Origin: Bdellovibrionales bacterium
GTDB taxonomy: Bacteria > Bdellovibrionota > Bdellovibrionia > Bdellovibrionales > DASUEL01
Reading direction: 5' to 3'
Assembly: GCA_050250255.1 (NCBI GenBank)
Contig: JBFWOZ010000017.1
Span: 1-54,918 of the forward strand
DNA: 54,918 nt
Within the stretch, counting starts at the first letter, position 1; each line of letters begins with the position of its first letter. A model generated the notes under the pieces. That model was not told the origin of the DNA and did no database searches. It was given only the letters and a program-made list of their open reading frames with translations. The position numbers and the translations under genes are program-made. This document shows positions 18,629 through 28,105 of this stretch, one piece after another.

Positions 18629-20476
18629 ATGAACTTTAAAGGACAATTAAACATTCTTGGAATCTCCGCGTTCTATCACGACAGTGCAGCGGCTCTCATC
18701 TCTGATGGCGAAGTTTTAGCAGCCGCTCAAGAAGAACGGTTCACAAGAAAAAAGCATGACCATGAGTTTCCAATCAATGCGGTGAACTACTGCTTAAAAG
18801 AAGCAGGACTCACTTTAGATGACGTGGATCACATTGTTTTTTACGACAAACCCTACTTAAAGTTTGAGCGTCTTCTGGAAACGTATTTTTCATACGCACC
18901 AAAAGGTTTGAAATCTTTTATGAAGGCCATGCCATTGTGGCTTGGCGGAAAACTCTGGATCGATGAACTCATTCGCCGCGAGACGGGTTTCAAAAAGGAA
19001 ATTCTTTTCACGAGCCACCATGAATCTCATGCGGCCAGCGCTTTTTTTGCTTCGCCTTTTAAGGAAGCCGCCGTTTTGACTCTCGATGGAGTCGGTGAGT
19101 GGGCAACGACTTCGCTTGCCTATGGAAAAGATAATAAAATCGAATTCCTCCAAGAACTCAGATTCCCTCACTCCCTAGGTCTTTTATATTCGGCCTTCAC
19201 CTACTTCACTGGTTTTAAAGTGAATAGTGGAGAGTACAAACTCATGGGACTCGCTCCTTACGGAGAGCCTAAATACGTTCAAAAAATCAAAGATCATCTC
19301 ATCGATATTAAGCCCGATGGATCTTTCCGTTTGAACATGGAGTACTTTGATTTTTGTACGGGCCTGACGATGACCAACTCTAAGTTTGCCGATCTGTTTG
19401 ATGGTCCACGACGAGAGCCCGAATCACAACTCACTCAGCGGGAAATGGATCTTGCGAAAAGCATTCAGGTCGTCACAGAAGAAGTCATGATTCTCTTAAG
19501 TCGTTCGATCCAAGCGATGACCGGCTCCGATTATTTATGTCTTGCTGGTGGTGTAGCTCTGAACTGTGTAGGCAACGGCGCGATTTTAAAAGAAGGCATC
19601 TTTAAAAACATTTGGATTCAACCAGCGAGTGGCGATGCGGGCGGCGCCTTAGGGGCAGCTCTCGCAGCTTACTATCACCACTTTCAAAAAGAACGAAAGC
19701 TTCCTGACACTCCGAAAGATTTTTTAAAGGGTAGCTATCTTGGTCCTACTTACTCGGATCAAGAGATACGTAGCTTCTTAGATTCCAAGTCGGTGAACTA
19801 TAACTCCGCTTCTGATGATCAAGAACTTTGCAAACAGGTTTCAAAACTCTTGGCCGATGGAAAAGTTATTGGTTGGTTTCAGGGGCGCATGGAATTTGGC
19901 CCTCGTGCCCTAGGAAACAGAAGTATTCTTGGTGATCCTCGCTCTTCGGATATGCAAAAGAAACTCAATTTAAAGATTAAGTTTCGTGAATCTTTCCGTC
20001 CGTTTGCTCCGAGCATTCTCCGGGATGACGTGATTCAAAACTTTCAATTTCCGGTGGAACAAGACAGTCCGTACATGTTGATCACGGCTCCCGTAAACGA
20101 AGAGATTCGTTATCAAATGTCCGAAGCAGAGCAAAAGCTTTTTGGAATTGAAAAATTAAATGTCCCTCGCTCCACTTTACCTGCGATTACGCACGTAGAT
20201 TATTCTGCGCGCCTGCAAACGGTGACGAAGGAAGATAACTCTCTTTATTTCCAACTTTTAAATAGTTTCAAAGAACTCACGGGATGTTCGGTTTTAATCA
20301 ATACGTCTTTTAACGTTCGTGGTGAGCCGATTGTGTGTACGCCGGAAGATGCTTACCGCTGCTTCACGCGAACAGAGATGGACTACCTGATATTGGGCCG
20401 TAATATCATTGATCGTACGAAGCTTCCAGCTCAGGCGATTGATCTCTCGTGGCAAAAAGAATTTGAATTGGATTAG
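18629..20476 (+). CDS. O-carbamoyltransferase (NodU/CmcH/SxtI family)
   Basis: ILGISAFYHDSAAA, HHESHAASAF, GEYKLMGLAPYG, AGGVALNC, GPRALGNRSIL, KFRESFRPFAP and NTSFNVRGEPIV. Start moved to ATG after GAGG SD. Confidence 0.95.
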   Translation: MNFKGQLNILGISAFYHDSAAALISDGEVLAAAQEERFTRKKHDHEFPINAVNYCLKEAGLTLDDVDHIVFYDKPYLKFERLLETYFSYAPKGLKSFMKAMPLWLGGKLWIDELIRRETGFKKEILFTSHHESHAASAFFASPFKEAAVLTLDGVGEWATTSLAYGKDNKIEFLQELRFPHSLGLLYSAFTYFTGFKVNSGEYKLMGLAPYGEPKYVQKIKDHLIDIKPDGSFRLNMEYFDFCTGLTMTNSKFADLFDGPRREPESQLTQREMDLAKSIQVVTEEVMILLSRSIQAMTGSDYLCLAGGVALNCVGNGAILKEGIFKNIWIQPASGDAGGALGAALAAYYHHFQKERKLPDTPKDFLKGSYLGPTYSDQEIRSFLDSKSVNYNSASDDQELCKQVSKLLADGKVIGWFQGRMEFGPRALGNRSILGDPRSSDMQKKLNLKIKFRESFRPFAPSILRDDVIQNFQFPVEQDSPYMLITAPVNEEIRYQMSEAEQKLFGIEKLNVPRSTLPAITHVDYSARLQTVTKEDNSLYFQLLNSFKELTGCSVLINTSFNVRGEPIVCTPEDAYRCFTRTEMDYLILGRNIIDRTKLPAQAIDLSWQKEFELD

Positions 20477-20485
20477 GAGCTTCAT

Positions 20486-20869
20486 ATGACAAAAGTTAAA
20501 CCTGTTGATCCTAGAAAATTTGGTAAATCTGTCGGTCTTGTTTTTTTAGCGATTGCAGCAGTATTATTTTTCTTAGGGAAAACGAACGGTGCTTATGTGA
20601 CGGGTGTGATCGGGAGTTTCCTGATTGCCATGATGCCTTTTCCGCAGATTCTAGGGCCTATCAGTCGTGGCTGGATGAAAGTGGGCGCGGTGATTGGCCA
20701 ATTCAATATGCGATTGTTTCTAATTATCGGATTTTATTTTATTATTACGCCGATCGCATTGTTCTTTCGATTGATTGGGCGCGATGCTCTTACGAGGAAG
20801 TTTGATCCGAAGGCGACTAGCTACTTTTCGCCAATGGAACTCAGCCCTCATTATAAAAAACCATTCTAA
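20486..20869 (+). CDS. SxtJ-family membrane protein
   Basis: PRKFG N-terminus, WMKVG and FYFIITPIALFFRLIGRDAL motif; follows the carbamoyltransferase with AGGAG SD. Confidence 0.85.
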   Translation: MTKVKPVDPRKFGKSVGLVFLAIAAVLFFLGKTNGAYVTGVIGSFLIAMMPFPQILGPISRGWMKVGAVIGQFNMRLFLIIGFYFIITPIALFFRLIGRDALTRKFDPKATSYFSPMELSPHYKKPF

Positions 20870-21591
20870 AATTTTTGACCTAAGAGTTTATCTAAAGAGA
20901 CATAACCCTTTTCCACCAGAAATTCTGCCCATTGCCAATCGGTAGGCGTGTCGATTTCTAAAGTTGCGGGTCCCTCTAATAAGTAGGGGATTGTTTTCGG
21001 AGTGTAGTAGGTTTTGTTTTCTAAAAATGGCTTCCACTTAGAGATATAAAACCCACCGCTTGGTGTGACTTCGATGGTTTCATCCTGGCGGCGCTTAAAG
21101 CCTTGCGTTTGGATGCGCTTAGCAATTTCTGTCAGATACGTTTTCATCGGTTCAATGTAAAAAGTCGAAGGTTTTGCTTCTTTGACCGCAACGGTGGCCG
21201 AAGCTTCAGGATCGGCAAACAATTTTTTGACCGCTTGTGCGAGATCTTCAGCCTTTACAAAGGGCGATGTAGGTTCAAGGAGCCCAATACCATCATAAGA
21301 TTTTTTTTGCGCCACTGCATGTTGAGCCGCGTGTAACAGCACATCTGTGGATGAAGCGGTGTCATTGGACAGCGCCTCAGAGCGAAGAAATGGTACATGA
21401 AGGCCATGTTTCTCGGCGAGGGTTTTGTATTCTAGGCTATCGGTGGAAAGCCAAATATCCTCTTGAGGAAAAAGTTGTCGGGTGCTGTAGTAACGATAAA
21501 GAAGAAGCGGGAGTGAGCCTAAAGATTTAATATTTTTATGAAGAACAGATTTAGATCCTGAGCGAGCGGCAATCACCCAAAGAATACGCAT
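20866..21591 (-). CDS. neuA: Acylneuraminate cytidylyltransferase (NeuA/LegF-like)
   Basis: IAARSGSKSVLHKNI, LSTDS, LLEPTSP and EIDTPTDW motifs. Confidence 0.85.
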   Translation of the reverse strand: MRILWVIAARSGSKSVLHKNIKSLGSLPLLLYRYYSTRQLFPQEDIWLSTDSLEYKTLAEKHGLHVPFLRSEALSNDTASSTDVLLHAAQHAVAQKKSYDGIGLLEPTSPFVKAEDLAQAVKKLFADPEASATVAVKEAKPSTFYIEPMKTYLTEIAKRIQTQGFKRRQDETIEVTPSGGFYISKWKPFLENKTYYTPKTIPYLLEGPATLEIDTPTDWQWAEFLVEKGYVSLDKLLGQKF

Positions 21592-21592
21592 G

Positions 21593-22834
21593 TTATTTCG
21601 CCTCGGCAGGGGAATATTTTTTACTATGGGTTTTTAAGAAGCGATCCATAGCTTGCACGGCGAGCCTGTAGCCTTCAGCATTGTAGTGATTATTAATTCT
21701 TAGTGGGAAGAGCGACAGTGGGTCTGGATGCTGTGCAAAGACTTCTTTATGAAGATCAATAATCGGTATTTGAAGGCTTTGCACTAGTTTGAGAATTTCT
21801 GCTCGGTTTTGATAGTTAGCAGGAGCCTGAAGTGCATAAGTTGGCCACCCAGGTAAATAGACAAAATAGAATTCTGCACCTTGCTTCTCCACTTCCGCTT
21901 TTGCTTTTAGCAAGATCTGACGAAAAAGATCAGGCGGTGGTGTATTGGAATCTTGGTAGTTTTTTTTCTCTTTAAAATGAGCAATGACACGCTTGATGTG
22001 AAATCTCAAATCATAAAGAGTGCTAATGCGACGGAGGTTAAAAAGGACTTTATCCTTTGGTGTTTCGATATATCGGGGAGCATCGAGAGCTTGTAAAAGT
22101 TCAGGTTCTTTTTTCTTATAAATGTCTTCTGTGAAAGATTTTGCAAAACGATCTTTTTTGTCGTTGTCGCGGTAGAGATGTTGGCTAAACTGATCATCCT
22201 CATAATATTTTTTAAGAATGTCGCTCCAGCTTTCCCATGTATTCATGTCGTTGATGTCATTTTCAACATAATTCCAAAGTACAACTTTCGTTCGAATATG
22301 GGGGATGTATTCACGAATTCCTCCTAGCATGGAATAGGGGCCATTGCCCCACATGCCAAGACTGATAGTCTTTTTTCCAAGCGATTCGAATACTCCGCCG
22401 AAGGTTTCCGGCGTGGGAACGCAGGCGCCATGAGTAAAGGAATCTCCAAGCAAAACAACATCAATTTCTTTATCATTCCAACGATCAACAAGGTTATTAA
22501 AGCCTTTGGAGTCGCTGGTATAATTGGCGAATTCGCCACTTTCATTACAAAATACGGTGTAAACTTGAGATTCTCCTGAAAGCGGAATCAGATTATGTTT
22601 TTTCGTCTTGTCGTGAACCACGTCTTTAGGGACCAGCGCCATACTACTTGGAGTGTTGTTACGACGGAGCTCCGCTAACACTTGCCAATTGGTTCGGGTA
22701 TCAAAGTGGGGTGGAATGGGAAAAATTTCATCGGGATATTTAAAAAAGAGAAACACAGTGATGGCATAGAGGCCAAAAACGAAAATGCCAGCAGGCACAA
22801 GGAACGTAAGCCACTTTTCTCGGTTAGAGCGCAT
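21593..22834 (-). CDS. Membrane-anchored SGNH/GDSL-fold protein (SxtL/AlgJ-like)
   Basis: N-terminal TM; GDSFTHG block I; NNHYNAEGY catalytic His region. Confidence 0.8.
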   Translation of the reverse strand: MRSNREKWLTFLVPAGIFVFGLYAITVFLFFKYPDEIFPIPPHFDTRTNWQVLAELRRNNTPSSMALVPKDVVHDKTKKHNLIPLSGESQVYTVFCNESGEFANYTSDSKGFNNLVDRWNDKEIDVVLLGDSFTHGACVPTPETFGGVFESLGKKTISLGMWGNGPYSMLGGIREYIPHIRTKVVLWNYVENDINDMNTWESWSDILKKYYEDDQFSQHLYRDNDKKDRFAKSFTEDIYKKKEPELLQALDAPRYIETPKDKVLFNLRRISTLYDLRFHIKRVIAHFKEKKNYQDSNTPPPDLFRQILLKAKAEVEKQGAEFYFVYLPGWPTYALQAPANYQNRAEILKLVQSLQIPIIDLHKEVFAQHPDPLSLFPLRINNHYNAEGYRLAVQAMDRFLKTHSKKYSPAEAK

Positions 22835-24629
22835 CAGAAGCCTCCATCAGTCGGCGATGTCGGCCTTCGACATCAAAGAGGTCAGCCCACTTACCTTGAT
22901 CCGAAATTTTCCCCTGATTTAAAATCAGGATTTGATCACAGGTCTTTAGTGTATTGAGGCGATGTGCGATCATTAAGATGGTCGTCGTAGACCTAAGGTT
23001 TTCAATGGCATCGCGTACGGCTTTTTCAGATTCGTTATCCAGAGCACTTGTGGCTTCATCTAAGATCAGGAGCCGAGGTTTGCGAATAATGGCGCGAGCG
23101 AGCGCCAAACGTTGTCTCTGTCCACCAGAGAGCCGAACACCACGGTCACCAACGATCGTTTGGTATTTTTCAGGACAATCTTGAATGAAACTATCAGCGT
23201 GAGCGAGGCGAGCGGCGGCCATGACCTCTTCGTCGGTGGCATCCAGCTTTGACCAGCGAATGTTATTCATAATCGTATCGTGAAAGAGAACATTCTCTTG
23301 AGACACATAGCTGATTTGTCCACGCCAATGCGCAAGACTCATTGTTGCGAGATCTGTTCCGTCGATTAAAATGCGTCCTGACTTAGGGCGATAGAGTCCG
23401 AGTACAAGATCAACCAAAGTACTTTTGCCACCGCCAGAAGTTCCAGCAAGACCAATCATCTGGCCCTTTTGAATATCAAGGTCGATGTTCTGAAGAATAG
23501 GGCGAGCGGGATCGTATTCGAAAGAAAGATTTTGAATGGAGATTTGACTTAAGAAATTTTGTGGCCGACCGAGATCAATTTTTTCTTCCTGGGTTTGGCA
23601 GTCTTGAATGAGTTTCAAGGTGCTTTCAAAGGCCGGCGCTTGTCTTAAAAACAAATTCCACATGCGTTGCAATTCGAACACGCGCGGGCTGAGACGAATA
23701 AAAATCACAAGCAAAAGAAGAAGTTCGCTCCCTTGTACTTTTAAAAATTGGGAGGAAAAATAAATACAGAAACAAAGAAAGACCACGCCCATAGGTTCAG
23801 AGAAAGCTTTAATAGAAAAGTTATTCACGGCACTTTCAATGGTGGCTTCGGCCAGTTCATCGGAGCTTTTGCCAAATTTTTCGGCGGTCACTTTTTCGGC
23901 GTTTGTGGCTTTGATAATTTTCGCCGCTCCAATATTTTCATTCACTTGGCTCGCGAGAGATTGGTTGATCACAGTCAGTTGTTCGCCGTAACGTTTTCCG
24001 TCAGAGATGATTCTCTTTAACACAAAAGTGAGAAGAGCTGCCGATACGAGAAACACAAAGGCGGAGGCCGTGCTCAGTTTCAAGGCAAGGCCGATATAAA
24101 CAAAAGCTAAAATCAAATACACAAAAGCAGATGAGAAATATAAAAAAGCGCTACCGGCGCGCTCGGCTTCGGTGATGATCTGGTTACCAAGAATTCCATG
24201 AGACGACTTAACGAAAAAAGACCAGCCTGACTGGAAATAACCTTCAAACAATTTTTTTCTGAGCTGTGATGTGAGTTCGTAGCTGGTGCGTGCTCCAAGG
24301 CAGGAGCTCCAGAAAGTAAAAATATTCTGCAAAAGGACAAGAGTGACGAGAGTCGCACAAACCGTAAGAAGGTTCAGAGGAAGGCCCAGGAATTCATAAA
24401 AGCTTTTGAGGTAAGCGCCAAACTGACCGTCGGCATTCCCGACTCCTAATTGTGACATCATGGGAAGAATGAGCGTCATTCCGAGGCCATCGAAAATTCC
24501 GGCAAAGGTACTCAATAGCAACACACTCAAAGTGGCTCGACGGTTGTGCTGCCAGAGGTAGCGCATAAAAACTTTTAATGAACTCATGGGGGACCAAATT
24601 AGCCTAGAACCTTGATTTTTTGTAGACAT
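22824..24629 (-). CDS. ABC transporter, fused permease/ATPase (MsbA/PglK-like glycan flippase)
   Basis: TM domain plus Walker A GTSGGGKST, signature LSGGQRQR and Walker B LILDEATSALD. Start may be 24587. Confidence 0.9.
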   Translation of the reverse strand: MSTKNQGSRLIWSPMSSLKVFMRYLWQHNRRATLSVLLLSTFAGIFDGLGMTLILPMMSQLGVGNADGQFGAYLKSFYEFLGLPLNLLTVCATLVTLVLLQNIFTFWSSCLGARTSYELTSQLRKKLFEGYFQSGWSFFVKSSHGILGNQIITEAERAGSAFLYFSSAFVYLILAFVYIGLALKLSTASAFVFLVSAALLTFVLKRIISDGKRYGEQLTVINQSLASQVNENIGAAKIIKATNAEKVTAEKFGKSSDELAEATIESAVNNFSIKAFSEPMGVVFLCFCIYFSSQFLKVQGSELLLLLVIFIRLSPRVFELQRMWNLFLRQAPAFESTLKLIQDCQTQEEKIDLGRPQNFLSQISIQNLSFEYDPARPILQNIDLDIQKGQMIGLAGTSGGGKSTLVDLVLGLYRPKSGRILIDGTDLATMSLAHWRGQISYVSQENVLFHDTIMNNIRWSKLDATDEEVMAAARLAHADSFIQDCPEKYQTIVGDRGVRLSGGQRQRLALARAIIRKPRLLILDEATSALDNESEKAVRDAIENLRSTTTILMIAHRLNTLKTCDQILILNQGKISDQGKWADLFDVEGRHRRLMEASDAL

Positions 24630-24677
24630 TTCCCATGGGGAGATGAATAAATATGTTTTGAAAATGTGGGGTTAGTC

Positions 24678-24836
24678 ATGTCTAAAATGACCGTCGTTTC
24701 TGACATTTGGTTTTTTTTGAAAATGCGCAAAAAGCTTTGGCTCATGCCGATACTTTTGCTTCTGGTTTTGCTCGGAATGATTCTGACGTTTTCGCAGTCC
24801 AGCGTCTACGCCCCCTTTATTTACACACTGTTTTAG
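24678..24836 (+). CDS. SxtK/DUF5989-family 52-aa membrane peptide (absent from the ORF track)
   Basis: Translated by hand: MSKMTVVSDIWFFLKMRKKLWLMPILLLLVLLGMILTFSQSSVYAPFIYTLF*; RKK-x-WL-x-P and APFIYTLF are the family hallmarks. Confidence 0.9.
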   Translation: MSKMTVVSDIWFFLKMRKKLWLMPILLLLVLLGMILTFSQSSVYAPFIYTLF

Positions 24837-24843
24837 CCAGGGT

Positions 24844-25659
24844 TTGATGGAAAACTATAAGTCACTTTTTGATCTTTCCAAAAAGACCATCCTCGTCACG
24901 GGTGCGACAGGGTTTTTAGGGAAGAACTTTGTCTTAGCCCTCTCTCAACACGGTGCAAAAACTCTTATTGTTGACCGTCAAGAAGAGGATTGTGAGCGCC
25001 TTGCGAAAGAGTTAAAAAGTCAGGGGCTTCAGGCAGAGGCTTGCCCGGTCAATTTGAAAAATCTAACGGAAATTCAAGCTTGGTCGAAAGATCTTTTGCA
25101 AAAACATGGTCCAATCGATGTGCTCGTGAATAATGCAGCCGTAAAGCCAAAAGGATTTTTTGATCCCTTTGAAAGTTACACTCTCGAAACCCTTCGTGAA
25201 GTCATGCAAATCAACTTCGAAGCGCCCGTGGTGATGAGCCAAATCTTTGGAGGTCTCATGGCCAAAAGAGGTCACGGTGTGATTGTGAATATGGGATCCA
25301 TCTATGGATTCACAGCTCCCGATCAACGTATTTACGAAGGCTCCTGGCATGAAAAGGTGAACGGCCCTCTCAATACGCCGGTCTCTTACGCCGTCTCGAA
25401 AGCAGCCGTTCATCAGCTGACAAAATATCTCTCCACTTTGTGGGGCGCGCAAGGAGTCAGAGTGAATACCCTCAGTCCTGGCGGCGTTTCCGAGGGACAA
25501 AATGGTCCTTTTCAAGAAAAGTATTCGCAGAAAGTTCCACTTGGCCGTATGGCAAAAGTGAATGAGATTGTCGGGCCTATGGTTTTTCTGTGCTCCGATG
25601 CCGCTGACTACATCACGGGCCAAAACCTCCTCGTCGATGGGGGCTGGTCGGTATGGTAA
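24844..25659 (+). CDS. Short-chain dehydrogenase/reductase (PtmA/ElaC-like)
   Basis: TGATGFLG, LVNNAA, GSIYG, YAVSK (YxxxK), VRVNTLSPGG and TGQNLLVDGG. Start may be ATG 24847. Confidence 0.85.
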   Translation: MMENYKSLFDLSKKTILVTGATGFLGKNFVLALSQHGAKTLIVDRQEEDCERLAKELKSQGLQAEACPVNLKNLTEIQAWSKDLLQKHGPIDVLVNNAAVKPKGFFDPFESYTLETLREVMQINFEAPVVMSQIFGGLMAKRGHGVIVNMGSIYGFTAPDQRIYEGSWHEKVNGPLNTPVSYAVSKAAVHQLTKYLSTLWGAQGVRVNTLSPGGVSEGQNGPFQEKYSQKVPLGRMAKVNEIVGPMVFLCSDAADYITGQNLLVDGGWSVW

Positions 25660-25898
25660 AGTCTCCGATCATCATCCATTTGCAAGAGCTCACGGAAGAT
25701 CCACGAGGTCTCAATGACAGTTTGGAAAATTTGTATCTGCAGGGGGGCTTATACGAGCTTCGCTTTCAAGCAGATCACTTAGAACTTCTTGAAAAAACTT
25801 TTGATTCGATCATTTCTAAACATGGCGTCAATGACACTCGTTTTACCTATAGTCTGAATGATTCTGGCGAGCAGGACTCGAAGAAAAAAGACCTCTAA
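25653..25898 (+). CDS. Small acidic hypothetical protein
   Basis: 81-aa ORF whose ATG overlaps the SDR stop and which fills the gap before the next promoter; no recognised motif. Confidence 0.45.
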   Translation: MVKSPIIIHLQELTEDPRGLNDSLENLYLQGGLYELRFQADHLELLEKTFDSIISKHGVNDTRFTYSLNDSGEQDSKKKDL

Positions 25899-25949
25899 TA
25901 ATCCCCCCAAAGCCAGGCCCATTAAGCATTCCAACGCTATGCACCTTAA

Positions 25950-25977
25950 TTGTCTTCTGAAAAGCATATGATATAAA
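25950..25977 (+). promoter_or_regulatory. Putative sigma70 promoter for the second neuB operon
   Basis: TTGTCT(25950-55) and extended -10 TG-A-TATAAA(25969-77); AAGGA SD before ATG 26018. Confidence 0.45.
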
Positions 25978-26017
25978 TTTGAAATTCAACACTTCTCAAT
26001 AAAACGTAAAGGAAGTT

Positions 26018-26902
26018 ATGGCTTCGAAAAAAGTTGTAAAAATCGGTGATAAACTCGTTGGTGGAGATAATCCTTGTTATCTCGTTGGTGAAATTGGGAT
26101 CAATCACAATGGTGATCTCGAAATCGCAAAAAAGCTCATCGATTACTGTGCGGTCTTTGATTTTGACTGTGCAAAGTTTCAAAAACGAACTCCTGAACTT
26201 TGCGTTCCAGAAGCCCAAAAAAATCTCGTTCGAAAAACTCCTTGGGGAGAGATGACTTATCTTGAGTACCGTTACCGCGTAGAATTCAACGGCGGTCAGT
26301 ACCAACAGATTGCGGATCATTGCGCGAAAAAGAATATTCACTTCAGCGCTTCGGCATGGGACATTCCAAGTCTCGAGTTTTTAATGCAGTTTAATATTCC
26401 GTTTATCAAAGTTCCTTCAGCTCTTATCACAAACAAAGAACTTCTTAAGGCCGTGGGCCGCACCGGAAAACCGATTGTGATTTCTTCCGGCATGAGCACC
26501 GTTCCAGAAATTGATGAAGCCGTGAACACGTGTTTGAGCGTGACGGAAAATGTGATTCTTCTTCATTGCCATTCGGCTTACCCCGCTCCTCTTGAAGAAT
26601 TAAATCTTCGTGTGATCCCAACTTACATCGAACGTTATCCAGAATGTGTGATTGGTTACAGCGGTCATGAATTTGGACTCGACACCACGATGGTAAGTGC
26701 GGTGTTAGGGGCACGATTCCTTGAGCGTCACATCACGGTGGATCGCACGATGTGGGGAACGGATCAGATGTCTTCCGTAGAACCACAGGGCATGTACAAA
26801 CTTGCAAAAGATGTTCGTTTAATCAGCAAGGCTCTTGGCGATGGTCAAAAGCGTCTTTACGATTCCGAACTGCCTGCGCGAAACAAACTTCGAGGAAAAT
26901 AA
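26018..26902 (+). CDS. neuB: Short nonulosonate(-9-phosphate) synthase, NeuB/SpsE family, lacking the SAF domain
   Basis: GEIGINHNGD, AKFQKRTP, LHCHSAYP, GYSGHE and LERHITVDR; ends at 294 aa (KLRGK) with no SAF/AFP domain. Confidence 0.9.
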   Translation: MASKKVVKIGDKLVGGDNPCYLVGEIGINHNGDLEIAKKLIDYCAVFDFDCAKFQKRTPELCVPEAQKNLVRKTPWGEMTYLEYRYRVEFNGGQYQQIADHCAKKNIHFSASAWDIPSLEFLMQFNIPFIKVPSALITNKELLKAVGRTGKPIVISSGMSTVPEIDEAVNTCLSVTENVILLHCHSAYPAPLEELNLRVIPTYIERYPECVIGYSGHEFGLDTTMVSAVLGARFLERHITVDRTMWGTDQMSSVEPQGMYKLAKDVRLISKALGDGQKRLYDSELPARNKLRGK

Positions 26903-26912
26903 GAGGTTCTCC

Positions 26913-28103
26913 ATGACTCCGACAGAATTAAAAATTGATTTTCCGGGTATTCAAACGAGACTGACAAATAACGAAGTGGATCAGATCGCGGAAGTGATCA
27001 AGACCAGCAAGACTCACACAATGGGTCCAAGACTGAAAGAGTTTGAAGAAAAATTCGCTCAGTACATTGGTACAAAGTATGCGGTGGGTTTAACCAACGC
27101 TACTGCAGCCTTGGAACTTGCGGCTCAAGTAGGTGGTGTTCAAGAGGGTGACGAGGTTCTTTTACCAGCTCACACGTTCACCGCATCTGCGCTTCCATTC
27201 CTCAAAAGAAAATGCAAACTCGTTTTCGTCGACATCGATCCAAAAACTTGGGTCATGGACATGGCGGACTTTGAGAAAAAAATCACCTCCAATACTCGCG
27301 CGGTTGTTGCAGTTCACCTCTACGGTTTACCCCTCGACATGGATCGCCTCATGCCGCTTGTTCAAAAAAATAATCTTTTGTTAATTGAAGATTGTGCTCA
27401 AGCTGTAGGGGCGAAGTACAAGGGTCGACGTATCGGAAGCTTTGGTCATTTTTCTTGCTTCAGCTTTCACTCTCAGAAAAATCTTCCGACATTGGGCGAG
27501 GGCGGAATGCTCACAACCAATAGTAGCGAAGCCTACGAAACGATTTTGGGACTTCGAAAAATTGGTGCCCGTCCTTTTAAAAATCAAGAAAAGTACTGGC
27601 TTCCGGCGATGACCAACATCATCGAGGCGATGCCAGGGGAATTCCCGGCAAACTATGCTCTCACAGAGATTCAATCTTTTGCAGGAACTTTGATTTTATC
27701 TCGCCTGGATCAGCTCACGGCTCAAAGAAAAAAACAGTTTGATTACATTGCGACTCAACTCAAAGATTTCCCAGAAATCCAATTCCAGAAAGTGGAAGAG
27801 GGTTACGAGTCGGCCTATCACTTGTTGCCCGCTCGTTATGAGGGTTCAGGGAACGGGAAGAACCGTAACGATTTGATCGAGCTTCTTTACAATAAGTACG
27901 GCGTGAAGTGTGTGACTCAATACTTGCCACTTTATAATTATGAGCTCTTCCAAAAAAATGGCTATACACAGAAAACTTGTCCTGTTTCTGATAAATTTTT
28001 TGATCAGATGATCTCGATTCCATTTTGGTCGGATATGGAACAAGACAAATTAGAACTTCTCACGCAAAGTTTGCGTTCTGCTCTGCAAGAGCTAAGGAGC
28101 TAA
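26913..28103 (+). CDS. DegT/DnrJ/EryC1/StrS PLP sugar aminotransferase
   Basis: NATAALELA, VHLYG, EDCAQAVG and FSFHSQKNLPTLGEGG. Start moved to ATG 26913 (GAGG SD). Confidence 0.9.
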   Translation: MTPTELKIDFPGIQTRLTNNEVDQIAEVIKTSKTHTMGPRLKEFEEKFAQYIGTKYAVGLTNATAALELAAQVGGVQEGDEVLLPAHTFTASALPFLKRKCKLVFVDIDPKTWVMDMADFEKKITSNTRAVVAVHLYGLPLDMDRLMPLVQKNNLLLIEDCAQAVGAKYKGRRIGSFGHFSCFSFHSQKNLPTLGEGGMLTTNSSEAYETILGLRKIGARPFKNQEKYWLPAMTNIIEAMPGEFPANYALTEIQSFAGTLILSRLDQLTAQRKKQFDYIATQLKDFPEIQFQKVEEGYESAYHLLPARYEGSGNGKNRNDLIELLYNKYGVKCVTQYLPLYNYELFQKNGYTQKTCPVSDKFFDQMISIPFWSDMEQDKLELLTQSLRSALQELRS

Positions 28104-28105
28104 GA

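Noticed and set aside
18629..24836. Saxitoxin gene cluster (sxtI/J/K/L-like genes, plus PhyH and SDR)
   Set aside because: No sxtA PKS-like gene, amidinotransferase or Rieske oxygenases; these homologs are common in glycan loci.
26913..28103. Calling this aminotransferase kdnA
   Set aside because: Adjacent to the kdnB-like gene but lacks the KdnA-specific N-terminus as I recall it; left as generic DegT.
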